From Acidimicrobiia bacterium (GTDB lineage Bacteria; Actinomycetota; Acidimicrobiia; Spongiisociales; ZC4RG35), in contig OZ244034.1 in NCBI GenBank assembly GCA_965215185.1, positions 896,001-960,000 on the forward strand: a DNA stretch of 64,000 nt, read 5' to 3'. The translations under genes and the position numbers were made by a program. The notes under the pieces are model-generated. The model worked only from the letters and a program-made list of their open reading frames with translations. It made no database searches and was not told where the DNA came from. This document shows positions 19,501 through 27,180 of the stretch, one piece after another (the stretch's first letter is position 1; every line of letters starts with the position of its first letter).

Positions 19501-19622
19501 CCCTGTTTTGCCCCAACCGAGACGCCACCCGCGCCGAAGCCGCACTCTTCATCAACGCAGTAGCCATCCGACCCCACATCTGGGGAGAAGGCAACACCAG
19601 TTTCATACCCCAACCAAACTAA
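16506..19622 (+). CDS. Secreted protein with PEP/pyruvate-binding (PPDK_N-type ATP-grasp) domain, Thr/Gly linker and C-terminal SLH cassette
   Basis: Signal-like RRASAIFGVLGALLVWVFCGVVALQTPQAQAQ; FGVKAANVA, VPDGFVVPF, RSSTNNEDLPGFNGAGLYDS, KQVYASLWN, IEIEFK..IKQARP; SLH repeats (TRQQFVTFLWR, TRGQMATLLYR, TRAEAALF). Start uncertain. Confidence 0.85.
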   Translation: MGECLNSGEPALTVFVPRPGKRAHTRRASAIFGVLGALLVWVFCGVVALQTPQAQAQSCPGDAPTPTAVTVTAVPVVVASTAAEYFVLYARLDGDAASEVLVAVVRGQAGTTTLSENVEALPAERYRVEKYLVSDPADVDGDCTDDITELDNPTSMNPVNPAVTVALNDGAIIIQDDATFDALSVDLRTRRSFKFIIVGLYTDRPSIYFANSNTHETHLQLATALGLDFTGVVPGDLNHVSELPAGSDREDLEDIFYIHLRFLDPSASVLHRIYSLFAANMPVVEDNLFLHLTNDNLKHLQSEMPALRESRVDVLYFDDLFPGQTFQILNPGVGYGSLRVLDPDDRPHSRDIVIYEALPNDLPPVAGIITTVPQTPLSHVNLRAVQNGVPNAYVQDLLDDPDIAALLDSYVRYEVTDGEWDVRAATPEEVDAHFASLRPATAQVPQRDLSVTSITALEQVGFDDWDAFGVKAANVAVLGRLGFAEGTVPDGFVVPFYFYVEFMKANDLYARVDEMLVDPDFQTDFDVQDDMLDDLRDDIKDAVSPQWIIDALTQMHASFPEDISLRYRSSTNNEDLPGFNGAGLYDSKTQDAEETEEDGIDKSLKQVYASLWNFRAFTERELHRVDHTKTAMGVLVHPNYSNELANGVAVSFNPIAGTFDRYYVNTQIGEDLVTNPEDHSIPEELLLGQGSVYTVLATSNQVEPGQLLMSGAQVMQLGEHLAVIHDHFEQLYAPAADEPYAIEIEFKITEDDILAIKQARPWIFPGTTATTTTTTTTTTTTTTTTTTTTTTTTTATTGGGGGRSGGGGGGRGGGGGGGRGGGGGGLDEGGSDELPPTASELFEDIDPGVWYEQAVTWMLLHKVTSGCSTTMFCPDANLTRQQFVTFLWRAAGRPTPTYQGSEAFTDVAEGIYSDQAIGWAVSNEITVGCTPGTFSDPDWEFCPTDHVTRGQMATLLYRHVEADYVGTTLPYTDVQPDRYYAESITWLTDFQAVPGCGPTLFCPNRDATRAEAALFINAVAIRPHIWGEGNTSFIPQPN
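18804..18980 (+). repeat. In-frame microsatellite linker: ~8 x CCACGACCA (poly-Thr), then GGTGGAGG-rich poly-Gly
   Basis: Directly visible. Confidence 0.9.
18973..19622 (+). repeat. SLH anchor cassette, copy 1 of 3 (others ~36628-37280 and ~42627-43277)
   Basis: Near-identical DNA between copies, e.g. cccgacgccaacctcacccgcca.caattcgt.ac.ttcctctggagagcagccggccgacccacccccacctaccaaggatcagaagccttcaccgacgtag. Confidence 0.95.
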
Positions 19623-19815
19623 GGGCTCCTCCGACAGTACTTCCCCAAAGGCACCGACCTCAGCAGACACTCCAGAGGCGACCTGGACGCTGTCGCCGCA
19701 GCACTCAACAGTCGACCCCGCAAAACCCTCGGCTGGAAGACCCCCGCCGAAACCCTCAACGAACACCTACACTCCCTAAAACAAGACACTGTTGCGACGA
19801 CCCCTTGAATCCACC
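19623..19815 (+). mobile_element. IS30-family transposase 3' end
   Basis: [14 protein letters not shown]...[16 protein letters not shown]; end tgttgcgacgaccccttgaatcc. Confidence 0.9.
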
Positions 19816-20105
19816 TTGGGCGCCGTGGTCGGAGTGGTGGACCAGTCCCGACTGGGGTCGGGGCCGACGACGCCATCTTGCCATCTCGAACGCGTCGCAG
19901 ACTATCTGTGCTCGGATATGGTTGGCTATCGACCATCCGATCACTTCTCGGTTCCAAGCGTCCATGACCACCGCCAAATACACTATGCCCCCTCGGGTGG
20001 GGTGCTGGGTGATGTCCGCCAGCCACAGCCTGTCAGGTTCGGTGGGCGAGAACTGTCGGTCGACCAGATCAGCTGATACTTCTCCGACGCGTCTGTGGCG
20101 CCGAT
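19816..20105 (-). mobile_element. IS3-family OrfB (rve) fragment
   Basis: DLVDRQF...WLADITQHPTRGGIVYLAVVMDAWNREVIGWS...LVHHSDHGAQ. Confidence 0.9.
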
Positions 20106-20117
20106 AGGTGGTCTTTC

Positions 20118-20170
20118 GGGACATTATGCGCCTATATGGGACACTAAACCCGCGGACGTCATCTCCACCG
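20118..20170 (+). repeat. att-like end sequence, copy 2
   Basis: 45/53 match to 1161-1213; ends GACGTCATCTCCAC. Confidence 0.7.
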
Positions 20171-20505
20171 ATCACTGGTTTTCCCTGTTCTCCTTCCTTA
20201 AGGTTCCTACGGGGTACGCTGGGCTTGGGTGACCGGCGACAACAAAACGGCCGAGGCCCCCCAGTCGTTGCCGCAGGCACCGATGCAGCCGTTGAACTCG
20301 ACGAACAGCCCATCCCAGCCGTCGGTGACATGCAGCATTCCGTCCCAGAAACTGTTGGCACCTGAAGGCACCGAAGTCCTCGAAGGCGTTGCACATGGCG
20401 CATCGGATGATCCGGCAACACCGGCCCCTGACCCGACGACAGGGCTAGCCGGGGAGAAGCGAACCACACGACCCATAGCTTCGAGTACGCCAACCACCCA
20501 CTATA

Positions 20506-20545
20506 TTGTGGGTGTAGACCGTGGTTTGTGGGTGTAGACGGTGGT
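20506..20545 (+). repeat. Tandem 20-bp direct repeat upstream of the SLH-CAP gene
   Basis: ttgtgggtgtagaccgtggt / ttgtgggtgtagacggtggt (19/20). Confidence 0.8.
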
Positions 20546-20742
20546 TAGGGATATATTTCACACATCCGTCCCATATGTGCAATAACCTGAGGCTGCCGAG
20601 CCCTGTAGGTGAACGACCCGTTTCCGTCCGCCGACCTGTTGGTATTGTGCGGTCTGGTTTCGTCTGTTGGGAGGGGTGTTTGGTGGGGTGGGTTAGGTGA
20701 TGCTTTGGCCCGGGATTATCCTGGCTTCCCTGTGAGAATGGT

Positions 20743-23490
20743 ATGAGGTTGACCCGCTCTAGTGGGCGTTTGTGGGTTGTGGCTGCGCTGGTGCTGGCCG
20801 CCTCGTTGGTGGTTCCTGCTGTTTCTGTTGTAGCTCAAGGCGGGTTCTCGGATCTTGATGAGGCGGGTTCTCATCGGGCTGGGGTTGAGGGGCTAGCGGA
20901 GATGGGAGTGCTGGAGGGCACTGACTGTGCTCCGGGGGAGTTCTGCCCCGGCGATGCTTTGCAGCGTTGGGTGATGGCGGTGTGGCTGGTCCGGGTCCTG
21001 GACGGTGCCGATCCTGGTTCATCCGGTACGCGTTTCGCCGATGTTGACTCGGATGAGTGGTGGGCGCCTTTTGTGGAACGTCTCGCGGTGCTGGGAGTCA
21101 CAGGGGGTTGCGCCACCGGCCCGGCTCGGTATTGCCCTGACGATTCGGTCACTCGCGCTCAGATGGCCACTTTCCTCACTCGAGCTTTCGGTCTCGAAGC
21201 TGCGCCGCCGTTCGGGTTTGTCGACGTTGAGGGCAACACACACGCCGGGAGTATCGATGCGTTGGCGCGGGCGGGGGTCACAGCAGGTTGCGCTACCGGC
21301 CCGGCTCGGTATTGCCCTGACGATTCGGTGACCCGCGCTCAGATGGCCACTTTCCTCACCCGAGCGATAAACAGAGCCGCTCTTTCGGTCGGACTCGAAT
21401 CCCCAACGGGGCGGACTGTGGCTGGTTCCTTTCAGGTGGGGGTCTCCTTCCGCCGGCCGGTGACCGGCTTCGGTCTGGATGATGTGAGGGTGGTCAACGG
21501 TCGAGCCACCAGCCTGGCGGGTTCTGGATCCGACTATGAGGTGACAATCGTCCCAGCGGCTGGGGGAACGGTGGTTGTACGGATACCCCGAGGCGCAGTT
21601 CGTGATACCGCTGGGAGTCCGAGCCAGGCGTCTGGGCTGTTGGTGAGGACTTTCGGGTCTGATGGCCATCGGGATGGTCCTGGGTTTGATGTCTGGGACC
21701 GGGACGTGGTGGTGTCAGCGTATCTGGCGGAGTTCGAACGGGAGCAACCAGACCCAGGTTTCACAGGCAACGTCGCCGAATGCGATGCGGGCACCACCAG
21801 CCAGGCCTTCCGGGACAGTGTGGTGCAGCGGGTCAACTGGTACCGGCAGATGGCAGGCCTCGACACCGTCACCGAGGATCCCTCCCGGTCCGCCGCGGCA
21901 CAGCGGAAGGCTCTGATCATGTCCGCCGCAGGAAAGCTGTCACACCACCCGCCACCCGATTGGGTTTGCTACACCCAGGATGTCCCCGGAAGGGGCGGTG
22001 AGAATCTTGGTCTCGGTTCCGCCGGGGTGTTCGCCGTCGACAGGTACATGCAAGACACAGGCGCCAGCAATCTGGCGGTCGGGCACCGCCGGCAGATCCT
22101 GTCCCCGTTCGTGGAGGAGATCGGCACCGGCAACATCTACCCCGAGGCCCGCCGTTACCGGACGACCAACGCTATGCACTTCGGGTACGACTACTCCACC
22201 GTTGCCACGGTTCGAGAGCAGCGCGGTTTCGTGGCATGGCCCCCAGCAGGCTACGTACCCGCCGAAACCGTGTGGGGACGATGGTCATTCCAACTACTCG
22301 TACCAGCCGACTTCGCTCAGGCCACAGTCACCGTCACAGACAACTACGGTCCCATACCGGTAGCAGTCATCAACCGGAGATCGGGGATCGTCTGGGCTGT
22401 GCACGGCGACTGGAACTCAGAGAAGCTTCCTGGGTTCCCTGACCGCGACTACTGCTACACGGTGACCATCAGCAACGTGAGAATCGACGATAGGGCTCAA
22501 ACTCCTTACCAGTACGCCACCTGCCTGGGTGACCTCGGTTCGGGAGCTGGCGGTGGTGCGCCCGTATTCCTGGCGTGGTCACCCGACAGCGCCCAAATCG
22601 TGTACCGGCACAACGGCGGGGTCTGGACCGTCAACGCGGACGGCACCAGGCAACGACTGATTCTCCTCTCCGGCTCGCCGAGGTGGTCACCCGACAGGAC
22701 CCAAATCGCGTACGGGGCCGACGGAATCTGGGTCATGAACGCGGACGGCACCAACCAACAACAACTCACCGAATCCGGCTCCTACCCGGTGTGGTCACCC
22801 GACAGCACCAAAATCGCCTACAGGGGCAGCGGAATGTGGACCGTCAACGCCGACGGCACCAACCAACAACAACTCACCGACCAAGGCGCCCCCTACCCGG
22901 TGTGGTCACCTGACGGAACCACAATTGCCTACGGCCGCTACCAAAAGGGAATCTGGACCGTCAACCCCGACGGGACGAGCGATCAACAACTCACCGAATC
23001 CGGCTACTCCCCGGTGTGGTCACCAGACGGCACCAGAATCGTTTACCAGACGTTCTACGAGATATGGACTATCAACACCGACGGCACCAACCAGCAATCA
23101 CTCGCCAAAGGAATAGACACTTGGAAAGTATCACCCGACCGGACCCGAATCGTTTTCTCCTCCTACTCCCCGTCGGACTCGAGTTCCTCCTCCCCATCGG
23201 ACTGGGGTATCTGGATCATGGATACCGACGGCACCAACCACAAACGACTGACCACTAACCGAGCATCCCACCTGACATGGTCACCCGACGGCACCCAAAT
23301 CGCCTACAGCCGCTTCCAAAGGGGAATCTGGACCATCAACACCGACAGCACCAACCACAAGCAACACACCACCCACGGAGGCAGACCGGTATGGTCACCC
23401 GACGGCACCCAAATCGCCTACGACAACGGGAACAACGGAATCTGGATCATGAATGCCGACGGCACCAACCAACATCAACTCACCAACTAA
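20743..23490 (+). CDS. Secreted protein: N-terminal SLH repeats, Ig-like domain, CAP (SCP) domain, TolB-like PD40 beta-propeller
   Basis: Signal peptide; YCPDDSVTRAQMATFLTRA x2; VNWYRQMAGL..LSHHP..GENL..GHRRQIL (CAP); multiple PVWSPDGTQIAY..IW..NADGT repeats. Confidence 0.9.
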   Translation: MRLTRSSGRLWVVAALVLAASLVVPAVSVVAQGGFSDLDEAGSHRAGVEGLAEMGVLEGTDCAPGEFCPGDALQRWVMAVWLVRVLDGADPGSSGTRFADVDSDEWWAPFVERLAVLGVTGGCATGPARYCPDDSVTRAQMATFLTRAFGLEAAPPFGFVDVEGNTHAGSIDALARAGVTAGCATGPARYCPDDSVTRAQMATFLTRAINRAALSVGLESPTGRTVAGSFQVGVSFRRPVTGFGLDDVRVVNGRATSLAGSGSDYEVTIVPAAGGTVVVRIPRGAVRDTAGSPSQASGLLVRTFGSDGHRDGPGFDVWDRDVVVSAYLAEFEREQPDPGFTGNVAECDAGTTSQAFRDSVVQRVNWYRQMAGLDTVTEDPSRSAAAQRKALIMSAAGKLSHHPPPDWVCYTQDVPGRGGENLGLGSAGVFAVDRYMQDTGASNLAVGHRRQILSPFVEEIGTGNIYPEARRYRTTNAMHFGYDYSTVATVREQRGFVAWPPAGYVPAETVWGRWSFQLLVPADFAQATVTVTDNYGPIPVAVINRRSGIVWAVHGDWNSEKLPGFPDRDYCYTVTISNVRIDDRAQTPYQYATCLGDLGSGAGGGAPVFLAWSPDSAQIVYRHNGGVWTVNADGTRQRLILLSGSPRWSPDRTQIAYGADGIWVMNADGTNQQQLTESGSYPVWSPDSTKIAYRGSGMWTVNADGTNQQQLTDQGAPYPVWSPDGTTIAYGRYQKGIWTVNPDGTSDQQLTESGYSPVWSPDGTRIVYQTFYEIWTINTDGTNQQSLAKGIDTWKVSPDRTRIVFSSYSPSDSSSSSPSDWGIWIMDTDGTNHKRLTTNRASHLTWSPDGTQIAYSRFQRGIWTINTDSTNHKQHTTHGGRPVWSPDGTQIAYDNGNNGIWIMNADGTNQHQLTN

Positions 23491-23491
23491 C

Positions 23492-24470
23492 TGACCGCAT
23501 CGCCTTTGTCAGCTACGGCGCCATCCATAATTGCTAAACCGGACGGCTCCGAACCTCAACGTCTTACCCCAGACAACTCCAACCAGGGAGATGACTTCCA
23601 AGGCGACTTCAATCTTGCCTGGCACGACTCCGATCCGAGTTGGTCCCCAGATGGAACCAGGATGCTGTTCAGCAGCACCCGCACAGGTGAAAGCGAAATA
23701 TTCGTCATCGACCCCGACGGCCAGAACGTTCAACAACTTACTATGAGGACAGGTGGCAGCAGTCCCAACTGGTCGCCCGACGGTACCCGGATCGTGTTCT
23801 CACGAATCGAGAACTACTTCACCAGCAAGTGGCGCTACAACTTCGATGAGACCGAAAACGTGTTCATCATCGACGCCGACGGAACTGACATCCAGAGGCC
23901 TACGTACTCTGGGGGCTCGTCCCCAGTTGGTCGCCTGACGGCAGGCTGATCGCTTTTCACAGGGTTGTTGACGGGAACTACCAAGTATTCGTGACGGCTC
24001 CCGACGGCTCCGACGGAAGGCAACTCACCACATCCGGCGGCTCGGACGCTAGCTGGTCGCCTGACGGCAGACAACTGGTCTTCAACGGTGAAGGCGAGAC
24101 ACTCGTGATGAACCGGGACGGCACGGATATCCGCCAATTGACTACCTTCGGTAGTTCCAACGCCCATTGGTCGCCCGACGGCCAGCGCATCATTCTCGAG
24201 AGCCAGCATCTCTACAAAGAGCCGATCACCGATATCTATGCGGAGTTCGAAAGCCACGGCATCCTTTCTATGCGAATCGACGGCAGCGAGGTCGTCCGTA
24301 TTAGTGACGGTGCTTACTCTCCGGTGTGGTCGCCGTCTGAGTGGCGCGTAAGAGATGCAACCAGGCAGACCCTCCGTCTGAAGCAGGCAACGATCGGTGA
24401 TGTTCACGCGTGCGGGTTGGAAACAGGCGGGACGGTGGTTTGTTGGGGAAACAATGACTTGGGACAAACT
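23492..24470 (+). pseudogene. Frameshifted PD40-repeat protein remnant ending in one RCC1-like repeat
   Basis: ORFs 23506..23949 and 23991..24506 carry WSPDG repeats in shifting frames. ATIGDVHACGLETGGTVVCWGNNDLGQ is cut by an IS3 end. Confidence 0.8.
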
Positions 24471-24610
24471 GGAGTTCCCCCGCTTTTCCGGACACGTATT
24501 CTGTGATCGTGTGAGAGGCCGTGTGGTCTCTTTGGAAGGAGTTTTGAATGCCTGCTCCTTATCCGGAAGAGTTCCGGCGTAGAGCCGTGGATCTGGTACA
24601 TGAGAGCGGC
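24470..24610 (+). mobile_element. IS3-family left end and OrfA start
   Basis: tggagttcccccgcttttccggacac terminal repeat; RBS ggaagga then MPAPYPEEFRRRAVDLV. Confidence 0.8.
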
Positions 24611-24788
24611 GAATCCGTGTCTGCGGTGCCTCGTCGGCTGGGGTGATGGCGATCATCACAGTAGCACAGTGCCCAACATTGGTCCTAGACCTCCAAGAGT
24701 AAGTCAAGACCTCTCAGGGAAACGCAGACACCCCACCGCTCCAGTCCTCCTAGAGGTTCTAACGAACGTACCCGCCCTCAATTCGTGG

Positions 24789-25967
24789 CTAGGAACGGTT
24801 TGCCTTCAAGTTGTCTAGGTATCTGCTCCATTGTTCCATGAGTTCGCGGCGTCTTTCTAGGAGGTCCGTTCTGGCGTAGGCCTTTTCTACGGCGTTTCTG
24901 ATTTCGTGACCGAGGGCCCGTTCCGCCAATTCGCGGTCTGCGCCTGTTTCTCCGCACCAGTCCCGAAACGAGCTTCGCATCCCGTGAGGCACACAGCCGA
25001 CATTGTTCTCTTTGCAAAGTTTGCTCATGGTGGCATTGCTAAGCGTCCGTCCGGTTGGTGATGGGAAGATCAGGCCATTGCCGCCTGACCGCTGGTGTGC
25101 TGTGTCGAGAACCGCCAGAGCCCCGGTGCTTAGAGGCACCCGATGCTCTCGCCGTGTTTTGGTCCGCTCGGCTGGGATGGTCCAGATTGCTGTGGTGAGG
25201 TCGATCTCGTCCCATATGGCGTTTCTGACTTCACCACTTCTGGTGGCGGTAAGAGTCAGGAACTTGAACGCGGCGATTGTTGCCCAGTGAGCGTCGGTTG
25301 CTTCGACCGCCCGAACAGCTGCGCCGACCATTTTGTGGGGTAGGGCTTTCATGTGTAGGGGTCGTTGGGTGTTGGAACCCAACGCGGCGGTGATACGGTC
25401 GTCAGCGGGATTGTCGTCTCGGAACCCCTGGGCGATGGTCCACTTCATAACAGCAGAGATGCGCTGTTTCACCCGGTTAGCGGTCTCCGGTTTGTCGTGC
25501 CATTGTGGTGCGAGACAGGCCATGACATCCGCGGTGGTGATTAGGTCCACCCGCTTGTTCCCAAACCGGGGATAAGCATAGGTTTGGAGGGTTGACCGCC
25601 AGTGCTCTTCGGACCTTCCGCCCGGTTTCCACTTGGCAGCGTGAAGCCTGATCACTTTCTCGGTGGCCTGACGAAAGGTGGGCGCTTTGCGAGCACGGGG
25701 GTTGCGGCCTTCTTCGACGGCCTGCCTGTTTCGGAGAGCCCTCTGGCGGGCTTCCACCAGAGTTACTGCCGGGTAGCTTCCCAGCCCGAGGTTGGTTTCT
25801 TTTCCGTTGATCCGGATTCTCTGCACCCAGGCTTTGGAAAGCCGTCCTTCGATCTTGGTCGGTTTGACCATCAGGCTCAGACCATGACCTCCTCGACCGT
25901 CGCCATAGCGACCAGGTCGGCTTAGACTCTTGACGAAAGTGGCTGAAAGTGTTTTGGGTCGGTTCAT
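24789..25967 (-). CDS. Intact P4-like tyrosine integrase (arm DNA-binding domain plus catalytic domain), 392 aa
   Basis: Starts MNRPKTLSATFVKS after RBS gagagg. Catalytic residues are present: ATRSGE, TK, PHGMR, LGH, AY. Confidence 0.95.
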   Translation of the reverse strand: MNRPKTLSATFVKSLSRPGRYGDGRGGHGLSLMVKPTKIEGRLSKAWVQRIRINGKETNLGLGSYPAVTLVEARQRALRNRQAVEEGRNPRARKAPTFRQATEKVIRLHAAKWKPGGRSEEHWRSTLQTYAYPRFGNKRVDLITTADVMACLAPQWHDKPETANRVKQRISAVMKWTIAQGFRDDNPADDRITAALGSNTQRPLHMKALPHKMVGAAVRAVEATDAHWATIAAFKFLTLTATRSGEVRNAIWDEIDLTTAIWTIPAERTKTRREHRVPLSTGALAVLDTAHQRSGGNGLIFPSPTGRTLSNATMSKLCKENNVGCVPHGMRSSFRDWCGETGADRELAERALGHEIRNAVEKAYARTDLLERRRELMEQWSRYLDNLKANRS

Positions 25968-26195
25968 CCTCTCGTTTCCCTTCCCGCTATGCTCGGAACT
26001 GACGGGTTCATTGTCGATGGATTTCCCTGTTAGCTGTCGGTACCGATACCACTGTTTATACCATTTAAGGGTAGTGCGCTTGGCTGACGCCTCCTGACAC
26101 CGCCTGACACGACCCATAACCACAAATAGGCCACTACCTGGGCAAACACAGGCCCAGGGAGACGAATTGAACACGATTGAAACCCAATCAGCGTA

Positions 26196-26209
26196 GACGT
26201 CACCTCCAC
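26196..26209 (+). repeat. att-like core, copy 3 (GACGTCACCTCCAC)
   Basis: ~230 bp upstream of the intact integrase, the same relative position as copy 1. The upstream acctgggcaaa is also shared with copy 1. Confidence 0.6.
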
Positions 26210-26239
26210 TCAACTAGAACAGCCTCCTTTTTCCCCGCT

Positions 26240-26268
26240 ATGACGGATATTCTGGGAATATCTGGGGT
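26240..26268. repeat. 29-bp dyad site 4
   Basis: ATGACGGATAT-TCTGGGA-ATATCTGGGGT; the left flank CCCCGCTATGAC is identical to that of site 5. Confidence 0.65.
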
Positions 26269-26269
26269 T

Positions 26270-26612
26270 GTGATCTGCTTGTTACTCGCGTTGGGTTTGG
26301 TTGGTTTCGGTCTGGATCAGTGGCTCTCGGCAGCTAGTAGCGACAGGTTCGCTGATGTGCCAGTGGATCATTGGGCGAATTACTCGGTTGGATGGGCGGT
26401 GAACCAGCGGATAACCAGTGGGGTGAGCGCCACCGAGTTCGGAGGTTCCCGGACGCTTACCCGCGAACAAATGATCACCTTCCTCTACCGCGCAAAGGAT
26501 CACTGACCGAGGGGTCTTTGGGAACTGACATCTATCAGGATGTGCCCGGTGACCGAAGCAAAAGGGGCTAACTTGCCGATAGGGTGGGCATTCGACCAAG
26601 GTGTCACTGGTG
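26270..26612 (+). pseudogene. Truncated SLH-domain secreted protein
   Basis: Signal-like hydrophobic stretch, then RFADVPVDHWANYSVGWAVNQRITSG..TLTREQMITFLYR*, then a degraded second SLH (YQDVP..IGWAFDQGVTG). Confidence 0.75.
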
Positions 26613-26783
26613 AAGCTCGAACACGCCGACCTCATTAGGTGGGGGGCTGGGACCCAACGTTCCGTCCCTTGACACAGCATCATCTTGGGAGGCCGAATAC
26701 TCGCGAAAGTGCCACACATGCCATTTTCAACGTGCCACTGATCGAGCCGTCTGACCCAATCGGTGGTATGAGAAGGATTGCCC

Positions 26784-26893
26784 CTCAGTTGTCCAGGTAG
26801 CGGCTCCGATTGTCCATCAGTTGGCGGCGTATTTCTAACAGGTCTGTTCTGGTGGAGGCCTTCTTGACGGCGTTTCGGATTTCGTGGCCGAGA
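26784..26893 (-). pseudogene. C-terminal remnant of a fourth copy of the P4-like integrase
   Basis: LGHEIRNAVKKASTRTDLLEIRRQLMDNRSRYLDN* versus the intact LGHEIRNAVEKAYARTDLLERRRELMEQWSRYLDN. Confidence 0.85.
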
Positions 26894-26930
26894 AGGATGT
26901 TGTCAGTGGAACATCCACTGACAACATCCT
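26894..26930. repeat. Perfect 17-bp inverted repeat with 3-nt loop
   Basis: aggatgttgtcagtgga-aca-tccactgacaacatcct. Confidence 0.9.
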
Positions 26931-27180
26931 ATGGTTGACGACCATCCGGTCCAGGTTGATCGCTCTGCCTACTCCTCAGCGAGTGAGAACAGCCGTTCAG
27001 CTATTCGCCGGTGAGGGAATGGTCGACGTGTACTCTCTGGTAGAGGCGATGCATGAGCACCGTCAGTTCTCCTTTGTGACCGGTGATGACGGCAAGAACC
27101 GGCTGTCGCCCACCCCTCGGGCGATGCCATTGGCTGCCGCCTATCCTGTTGCCTCGTCGGTCATTTCCCGGTGGCCGTTG

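Noticed and set aside
20496-20513. NrdR-box-like palindrome
   Set aside because: Shorter than the consensus spacing, and no ribonucleotide reductase gene is nearby.
25968-26213. 82-aa N-terminal extension of the integrase ORF
   Set aside because: The homolog at 985 starts at the MNRPK-equivalent position, an RBS precedes 25967, and the extension covers the att/arm region.
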